From: Longimicrobiales bacterium
Lineage (GTDB): Bacteria; Gemmatimonadota; Gemmatimonadetes; Longimicrobiales; Gaopeijiaceae
Direction of reading: 5' to 3'
DNA: 64,000 nucleotides
Assembly (NCBI GenBank): GCA_965249725.1
Contig: CBDFMQ010000002.1
Location: forward strand, 1,600,001 to 1,664,000
The notes beneath the pieces were generated by a model, which made no database searches, was not told where the DNA came from, and worked only from the letters and a program-made list of their open reading frames with translations. Below are positions 57,820-64,000 of this stretch, in pieces; position 1 is the stretch's first letter, and each line of letters begins with the position of its first letter. Position numbers and translations under genes: made by a program.

Positions 57820-59804
57820 CCCACCGCCGCCTTGAGGTCGAAGATCTGGTCCCTCAGGAGCGCCGCCCGCTCGAAGTCCATGGCCTCGGCGGCCTCAGTC
57901 ATCTCCTGTTCCAGGATCTTGATGAACTCCTCGGTGTTCACCTCGTCCGCGTAGCTCTGCTTGGGCTCAGCGACCTTCGCAACCCGCTGCTCGCCCGCAT
58001 CGGCTACCCGGGTAGAGAACTCGATCTGTTGGATGCTTTTCTTGATCGTCTCGGGCGTGATGCCGTGCTCTTCGTTGTGCGCGAGCTGGATCTCTCGGCG
58101 CCGGTTGGTCTCGCCCAGGCACGTCTGCATGGACCGGGTGACGCGATCGGCGTAGAGGATGGCTTTCCCCTCCACGTTCCGCGCCGCACGACCGATGGTC
58201 TGGATGAGCGAACGGCCGTCCCGGAGGAATCCCTCCTTGTCGGCGTCGAGGATGGCCACCAGCGACACCTCGGGCAGATCCAATCCCTCTCGCAGCAGAT
58301 TGATGCCCACCAGCACGTCGATCTTCCCGAGCCGGAGCTCACGCAGAATCCGCATCCGCTCGATGGTGTCGATATCGGAGTGCATATAGCTCACCCGGAC
58401 GCCCACGGACTGCAGGTATTCGGACAGGTCCTCGGCCATTCGCTTGGTCAGCGTGGTCACCAGCACCCTCTCGGCCCTGACCTCGCGCGCCCGAATCTCG
58501 GAAAGAAGGTCGTCCACCTGGCCCCCGACCGGCCGTACCTCGACCTCGGGGTCGATCAGGCCGGTGGGCCGGATGATCTGCTCCACGACCACTCCCCCGG
58601 ACCTCTCCAACTCCCAGTCGCCCGGCGTGGCGGACACGAAGATGGCCTTAGGGATCAGAGAGTCCCACTCGTCGAAAGTGAGCGGACGATTGTCCAGCGC
58701 GCTGGGCAACCGGAATCCGTGCTCGACCAGAGTCTCCTTCCGAGATCGGTCGCCTTTGTGCATCCCGTGGATCTGGGGAACCGACGCGTGAGACTCGTCG
58801 CAGATCAGGAGGAAGTCCTCCGGGAAGTAGTCCAGCAGGCATGCCGGCCGCTCCCCCGTGCGACGCCCGCTCGTATAGAGCGAGTAGTTCTCGATGCCCG
58901 GGCACGTCCCGATCTCCAGCATCATCTCAAGATCGAAGTTGGTGCGGCTCTCGATCCTCTGGGCCTCGAGGAGGGCGCCCTCGGCCTCGAAATGGGCGAC
59001 CTGCTGCCGCATCTCCTCGCGGACGAGCGGCGCCATGCCCTCAATGATCTCCCGCCGCGTCACGTAGTGGCTCGCAGGATAGATCGACGCCCGATCCATG
59101 GGAGTGACGATCTCACCCGTAAGCGGCTCGAAACGCGTGATGCGCTCGATCTCATCGCCCCAGAGCTCGACACGGACCGCCTGCTCTTCGTACGCCGGAA
59201 AGATCTCGACCGTGTCTCCGCGGACCCGGAACGTGCCCCGCTGGAACTCGTAGTCGTTGCGTCGATACTGAGTGTCCACCAGCCCCTTCAGGATCTCCTT
59301 ACGGCCGATCTTCTGGCCGACCCGCAGGTGGAGCATCAGCGAACGGTAGTCCAGCGGATTGCCGAGCCCGTAGATGCACGAGACCGACGCCACCACGATG
59401 ACGTCTTCCCTCTCCATGAGCGATGACGTCGTGCGCAGTCGCAGGCGCTCGATGTCCTCGTTGATGGACGAGTCCTTCTCGATGTACGTGTCAGTCGAGG
59501 GGACGTAGGCCTCGGGCTGGTAGTAGTCGTAGTAGGAGATGAAGTACTCCACCGCGTTGCGCGGGAAGAGCGCCTTGAGTTCCCCGTAGAGCTGTGCCGC
59601 GAGCGTCTTGTTGTGCGACGTCACGAGCGTGGGCCGGCCGTACGCCGCGATCACGTTGGCGATCGAGAAGGTCTTGCCCGTGCCCGTCGCTCCGAGCAGG
59701 GTCTGAAAGCGGTCCCCGCGGGCCAACCCCTCGGTCAACTCGGCAATCGCCGTGGGCTGGTCGCCCTGCGGTTCGTAGGTGGAGGAGATCTGGAATTCAG
59801 GCAT
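57816..59804 (-). CDS. uvrB: Excinuclease ABC subunit B
   Basis: [40 protein letters not shown]-terminal UVR domain. Confidence 0.98.
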   Translation of the reverse strand: MPEFQISSTYEPQGDQPTAIAELTEGLARGDRFQTLLGATGTGKTFSIANVIAAYGRPTLVTSHNKTLAAQLYGELKALFPRNAVEYFISYYDYYQPEAYVPSTDTYIEKDSSINEDIERLRLRTTSSLMEREDVIVVASVSCIYGLGNPLDYRSLMLHLRVGQKIGRKEILKGLVDTQYRRNDYEFQRGTFRVRGDTVEIFPAYEEQAVRVELWGDEIERITRFEPLTGEIVTPMDRASIYPASHYVTRREIIEGMAPLVREEMRQQVAHFEAEGALLEAQRIESRTNFDLEMMLEIGTCPGIENYSLYTSGRRTGERPACLLDYFPEDFLLICDESHASVPQIHGMHKGDRSRKETLVEHGFRLPSALDNRPLTFDEWDSLIPKAIFVSATPGDWELERSGGVVVEQIIRPTGLIDPEVEVRPVGGQVDDLLSEIRAREVRAERVLVTTLTKRMAEDLSEYLQSVGVRVSYMHSDIDTIERMRILRELRLGKIDVLVGINLLREGLDLPEVSLVAILDADKEGFLRDGRSLIQTIGRAARNVEGKAILYADRVTRSMQTCLGETNRRREIQLAHNEEHGITPETIKKSIQQIEFSTRVADAGEQRVAKVAEPKQSYADEVNTEEFIKILEQEMTEAAEAMDFERAALLRDQIFDLKAAVG

Positions 59805-59806
59805 GC

Positions 59807-62011
59807 CTACTCGAGGTCCGACTCCCGGAACGTCTCCCTCCGGTTCACCTCCAACACCCCCTTCACTCGACGGATGGCCTTCATGACCCGGTTCAGGTGG
59901 GCGAGGTCCTGCACCTCAACGGAGAACTGCCCGAGCATCCCCCGCTCGACTCCTCCCATCTCCGCCTGAGCGATGTCCGTCCCCGAGTCGGTGATGGCCT
60001 TGGCCACGTCTGAAAGAAGGCCCCGGCGGTCGCTTCCCTCGAGGTACAGTTTCACGAAGAAACGGTCGCCCTTCTCGGCCGTCCACTCGATCTCCACGCG
60101 CCGGTCTTCGGCGAGGTTCAGGACGTTGGGGCAGTCCGTGCGGTGGATCGAGACGCCCCGCCCCTGCGTGATGTATCCGATCACGCTGTCCCCCGGGACC
60201 GGCTGACAGCACTGGGAGTAGCGGATCATCAGGTTGTCCATCCCTTGGATTCGCACGCCCCGGTTGGAGCGCCTGATGCGGTCGGCGATGCGCTCCAGGG
60301 CACTGGGCGAGCGCTGGACGACCTCGTGGGGATCCTCGTCCGGATACAGGGCCCGAATGACGCCCGTGGGGCCCACGTCGCCCCGTCCCAGGGCCGAGAG
60401 CACCTGGTCGAAGTCGGGGTATCCGAGGGACACGGCGGCCTTCTCCATCTGAGCCTTGGTCGGCCGCTCTCGGCGGGCCTTCTTCACCTCACGCTCGAAG
60501 AAGTCCTTACCGAGCTTCAGGGCCGACTCGTGCTCCTCCTTGCGAATCCACTGCTTGATGCGACCGCGGGCGCGGGACGTCTTCACGAACCCCAGCCAGT
60601 CCCGGTTGGGGCGCTGACGGGCATCGGTGATGATCTCCACCGTGTCGCCATTCTTCAGCTCCCGTGACAGGGGCGCGATTCGCCCGTTCACCCGGGCGCC
60701 GGCGCAGTGCTGTCCGACCTCGGTGTGCACGGAGTAGGCGAAGTCGATCGGCGTCGCGCCCAAGGGCAGTGGCTTCACCTCTCCCTTCGGGGTGAAGATG
60801 AAGATTTCACCCTGGAAGAGGTCCATGCGGAGGAACTCCATGAATTCCTCGGGCTCATCCGTGTCCTTCTGCCACTCCAGGACCTGTCTGAACCATATGA
60901 GGGCCTCGTCGACCTCGTCCGGTTCCTGCTCCGGCTCGGGCTCCTCGAGTCCTTCCTTGTAGCGCCAGTGCGCGGCGATGCCGTACTCCGCCGTATTGTG
61001 CATCTCTTCGCTGCGGATCTGGATCTCGTACCTGCGGCCGCCCGGACCGATCACCGTCGTGTGGAGTGAGCGGTACATGTTCGACTTCGGCGTGGCGATG
61101 AAGTCGTGGAAGCGATCCTGGACCGGGGTCCACCGATTGTGGATGACTCCCAGCGCCGCATAGCAGTTCTGTACGTCGTCGGTGAAGACGCGCATCGCCA
61201 TGAGGTCGTAGATGTCGTCGTAAGGCACGCCCCGGTGGACCATCTTGCGGTAGATCGACCAGAGGTGCTTGGGACGCCCCGTCACCTCGGCCGGGACTCC
61301 GGCGTCCGCCAGGGCCTCGTCGAGGGGTCGCTTCATCTCCAGGATCTGCCGCTCCCGCTCCTTGCGCCGCTGTCGGACCTTCTTTCGCAGCTCCTCATAG
61401 GCGTCGGGTTCCAGGAACTTGAAGGCGAGATCTTCCAGTTCCCACCGGATCGCGGCCATCCCCAGACGGTGCGCCAGCGGCGCGTAGATCTCACGTGTCT
61501 CGAGCGCGATGCGGCGCTGCTTTTCCGGATTGAGCGCGTCGAGGGTACGCATGTTGTGCAAGCGGTCGGCGAGCTTCACCAGAATCACGCGAGCATCGCG
61601 CGCCATGGAGAGCAGCAGCTTGCGGTAGTTCTCGACCTGCTGCTCGGTGTGCGAGTTGAACTCGACCCGCCCGATCTTGGTGACGCCGTCCACGATCGTG
61701 GCCACGCCCTTCCCGAACTGCTTGTCGATGTCCGACAGGGAGACCGTGGTATCCTCGACGACATCGTGCACCAGACCCGAAACGATGGAATCCGTGTCGA
61801 GGCCGAGCAGGCTCAAGATGGTGGCCACCTCCACCGCGTGGCTGACGAACTCGTCACCGGAGGCGCGCCGCTGCCCGGCATGGGCCTCGCGGGCAAGCTC
61901 ATAGGCATCCCGCACCGCATCGACGTCCAAACGATCGGCGTACGACTCCATGGCCCTCGCCAAAGGACGGGGCAAGCCTCGAATCGTGGGGGTAGCGGTG
62001 GCAGCGGGCAT
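59807..62011 (-). CDS. rel: Bifunctional (p)ppGpp synthetase/hydrolase Rel (long RSH)
   Basis: HAGQRR, HDVVEDT hydrolase, [30 protein letters not shown] and ACT domains. Confidence 0.97.
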   Translation of the reverse strand: MPAATATPTIRGLPRPLARAMESYADRLDVDAVRDAYELAREAHAGQRRASGDEFVSHAVEVATILSLLGLDTDSIVSGLVHDVVEDTTVSLSDIDKQFGKGVATIVDGVTKIGRVEFNSHTEQQVENYRKLLLSMARDARVILVKLADRLHNMRTLDALNPEKQRRIALETREIYAPLAHRLGMAAIRWELEDLAFKFLEPDAYEELRKKVRQRRKERERQILEMKRPLDEALADAGVPAEVTGRPKHLWSIYRKMVHRGVPYDDIYDLMAMRVFTDDVQNCYAALGVIHNRWTPVQDRFHDFIATPKSNMYRSLHTTVIGPGGRRYEIQIRSEEMHNTAEYGIAAHWRYKEGLEEPEPEQEPDEVDEALIWFRQVLEWQKDTDEPEEFMEFLRMDLFQGEIFIFTPKGEVKPLPLGATPIDFAYSVHTEVGQHCAGARVNGRIAPLSRELKNGDTVEIITDARQRPNRDWLGFVKTSRARGRIKQWIRKEEHESALKLGKDFFEREVKKARRERPTKAQMEKAAVSLGYPDFDQVLSALGRGDVGPTGVIRALYPDEDPHEVVQRSPSALERIADRIRRSNRGVRIQGMDNLMIRYSQCCQPVPGDSVIGYITQGRGVSIHRTDCPNVLNLAEDRRVEIEWTAEKGDRFFVKLYLEGSDRRGLLSDVAKAITDSGTDIAQAEMGGVERGMLGQFSVEVQDLAHLNRVMKAIRRVKGVLEVNRRETFRESDLE

Positions 62012-62109
62012 CCCTCAGCTACCCCTGCTTTCGCACATCTGTTTCCCGATGGTCAGCCACCTCAGGGAGGACAAAGGAATTGCAGGGCCGTACCACCGGG
62101 GCGAGTTTT

Positions 62110-62142
62110 GTTGTAGTAGCGTGGTAGTAGCGTTGTAGTCGC
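62110..62142. repeat. 11-bp direct repeat GT(T/G)GTAGT(A/C)GC x3 in the divergent intergenic region
   Basis: Units 62110-20, 62121-31, 62132-42. Confidence 0.8.
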
Positions 62143-62199
62143 GCCGCCGCCCTTTGAGGCCCTCTGAACCGCCTTCAGAGGGCAAAACCGAAGCACCGC

Positions 62200-64000
62200 A
62201 TGAAATCTACGCGCCCATTCACATACCTCGCCATTGCAGTCGCCCTGTTCGTGCTCTCGTGCACGTCAGGCGAGTCCCCCACCCGTGACCAGAATCCGGG
62301 CAAGGCCCTACTGGGGCTGAATGCCGTCTTTCCAGTGGATGCCGGGGACCTCGAACTCGCCACCGTGAGCCGCATTCGGGTCACCATCCTGCGCTTCAGC
62401 AACCGGGCGCCGCTCGACACGGTCGTGGAAGACGTCGATCCTGCGGCCAGTGAGTGGGTCATCGAGATCGAGGTGGACGTGCCGGTCGACGATCCTCGCG
62501 TTCTGCTGTTGGTCGAGCTGATCTCGATCACCGGTTCGGTTGAGGCGGTCGAATGGGCGGGCATCACGGATCCCGTCACCCTCGATCCCGGGCGGGTCAT
62601 CAATGTGGGACAGGTCGCAGTGCTGCGCGGGCCCGCAGACAACCTGGCGGTCACATCCGTCACCATCATCGATCCGGGCCCACTCCTGGAGGGAACCGGC
62701 CTCCAGCTCACCGCCGACGTTCAGAGTGAGCAGGCCGGCGCTCAGCCGGTCCTGCACTGGGCGAGCGCCGATCCGACGGTCGCAACGATCACCACGGACG
62801 GCTTTCTCCAGACGCTCCTCCCCGGCATCGCCCGCATCTCCGCGGTCGCGGGGGCGCACGACGACGACATCGACGTGTCGGTCTTCCCAAGGGCGGTCGG
62901 TCTGAGTTTCAATACCAATCCGCACGAGGTGCTGGTCGGTGTGCTCCTGGACCCAGCCCCAGCCGTCGCAATCGTGGACCCTCGAGGGTCGCGTGTTCAG
63001 ACCTTCAACGAGCCGGTCACGCTCACGCTCCAAGAGGTCACGGGAGTGGGGGTCTCGGGTGAGGCCAGCGCTGCACAGGGGGCGAGCGAGGCCTTACCGG
63101 ACGCGGCATCCGGCGCCTTGCCCGTACCAGGTCTCGTTGGCCCGACCACCGTGGCGGCCGTCGAGGGACTCGCCAGGTTCCCCGGTCTCCTCGTGGACGG
63201 TCCCGGCGCGTTCCAGCTCATCGCCTCGGCCGTCGGACTGAGTCCAGCCGGCAGCGCCGAGTTCCGAGTCAGCTTGTCCGAGACGGACATCGAGGTCGAG
63301 AAGACCGTCGACCGGCATGTCGCGCGATCAGGAGAGGAAGTGGTCTTCACGGTTTCGGTCACCAACCACGGACCCGCCGAGGCGTTGAACGTGGTCGTCT
63401 TCGACCCACTTCCGGCCGGGCTCCATTTCGCTTCGGCCGACGAGTCGGTGGGCGGGTACGATCCGGTGACCGGCCGCTGGGACGTCGGCACGCTCACATC
63501 AGGGGTCCAGGCCACACTGAGTCTGGTCGCCACCGTCGAGGTGGGCACCGCAGGCACTACCATCGTGAACACCGCCCGAGCGGATGTTCTGATCCACCAG
63601 AACGACCCGCCCGACAACAACGAAGCCTCCGCCCAGGTCGAAGTCGGCACGCGGCAAGCCGATATCGAGGTGCTGAAGGAGGCCGACGAATCGAGCATCC
63701 ACCGTGGAGGAGAGGTGGTCTACACGATCACCGTCATCAATCACGGGCCCGACGAGGCCTTGGGCGTGGTGATCGACGAGAACGTTCCGACGAGCCTGGA
63801 CGTGACCGGCACTGAAGTCGAGGGTGGCAGCTTCGATCCGGACGGCAACCAGTGGCACATCCCCTCCATGGCCCCTGGGGAGGTCATCCAGCTCCGGGTC
63901 AGGACGACCCTGATAGACGAGGTGGCCGTCGGTGATTTCGTGACCAACCGCGCCGTCGCACACACGCTGGAAGGACAGGGAGACGACCCGAGCAACAACG
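62200..64000 (+). CDS. Large surface lipoprotein with Ig-like and tandem DUF11 domains (3'-partial)
   Basis: Manually translated: MKSTRPFTYLAIAVALFVLSC lipobox; Big_2-like WASADPTVATI; DUF11 repeats DIEVEKTVD..GEEVVFTVSVTNHGP..DPLPAGL and ADIEVLKEAD..YTITVINHGP; open to the window end. Confidence 0.88.
   Translation, partial: MKSTRPFTYLAIAVALFVLSCTSGESPTRDQNPGKALLGLNAVFPVDAGDLELATVSRIRVTILRFSNRAPLDTVVEDVDPAASEWVIEIEVDVPVDDPRVLLLVELISITGSVEAVEWAGITDPVTLDPGRVINVGQVAVLRGPADNLAVTSVTIIDPGPLLEGTGLQLTADVQSEQAGAQPVLHWASADPTVATITTDGFLQTLLPGIARISAVAGAHDDDIDVSVFPRAVGLSFNTNPHEVLVGVLLDPAPAVAIVDPRGSRVQTFNEPVTLTLQEVTGVGVSGEASAAQGASEALPDAASGALPVPGLVGPTTVAAVEGLARFPGLLVDGPGAFQLIASAVGLSPAGSAEFRVSLSETDIEVEKTVDRHVARSGEEVVFTVSVTNHGPAEALNVVVFDPLPAGLHFASADESVGGYDPVTGRWDVGTLTSGVQATLSLVATVEVGTAGTTIVNTARADVLIHQNDPPDNNEASAQVEVGTRQADIEVLKEADESSIHRGGEVVYTITVINHGPDEALGVVIDENVPTSLDVTGTEVEGGSFDPDGNQWHIPSMAPGEVIQLRVRTTLIDEVAVGDFVTNRAVAHTLEGQGDDPSNN

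Noticed and set aside
62080..62098. Sigma54-like TGGTACGGCCCTGCA upstream of rel
   Set aside because: GG to GC spacing is 9 nt, not the required 10
62175..63998. Minus-strand ORFs over the last 1.8 kb
   Set aside because: Antisense to the open + strand DUF11 lipoprotein frame starting at 62200

Overview
A GC-rich (about two-thirds G+C by eye) bacterial core-genome segment. Almost all genes lie on the minus strand in long operons coupled by ATGA/GTGA overlaps. Gene content and order suggest a diderm of the Gemmatimonadota (inference, not verified). In window order: mutS2 (partial), yqeY, prmA, dnaJ, hrcA, hemW, dprA, obgE, a CMD-family gene, class 3 asparaginase, S41 protease, tmk, ino1 with a CDP-alcohol phosphotransferase, a YlbF-family gene, prmC, prfA, rpmE, lnt with a DUF4105/Lnb-like gene, hemL, rimO, lolA, ftsK, comB, accC, accB, efp, aroQ, a TPR protein, a frameshifted ppiD/surA, tatA, polyprenyl synthase, a second TPR protein, an Fn3-like lipoprotein, lptD, tatC, nrdR, tol-pal, a galE-like gene, hemA, ccsA/hemX, a LysM protein, rimI, tsaB, tsaE, uvrB, rel, and a partial DUF11/Ig lipoprotein. 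I saw no rRNA, tRNA, CRISPR array, prophage or transposase. The most notable observations are: (1) an Lnb-like gene translationally coupled to an lnt that has an unusual residue beside the catalytic Cys, so two unrelated lipoprotein N-acyltransferase families may sit in tandem; (2) a 303-bp highly structured MITE-like element inserted at the hrcA stop codon; (3) about 13 short tandem arrays, with 12/15-bp units in coding DNA and 11/13-bp units in non-coding DNA, often at gene junctions, one of which forms a PPG-rich mini-ORF bridging tolQ and tolR; (4) a probable inositol-phospholipid gene pair. All family calls come from motifs recognised by eye; no searches were run.
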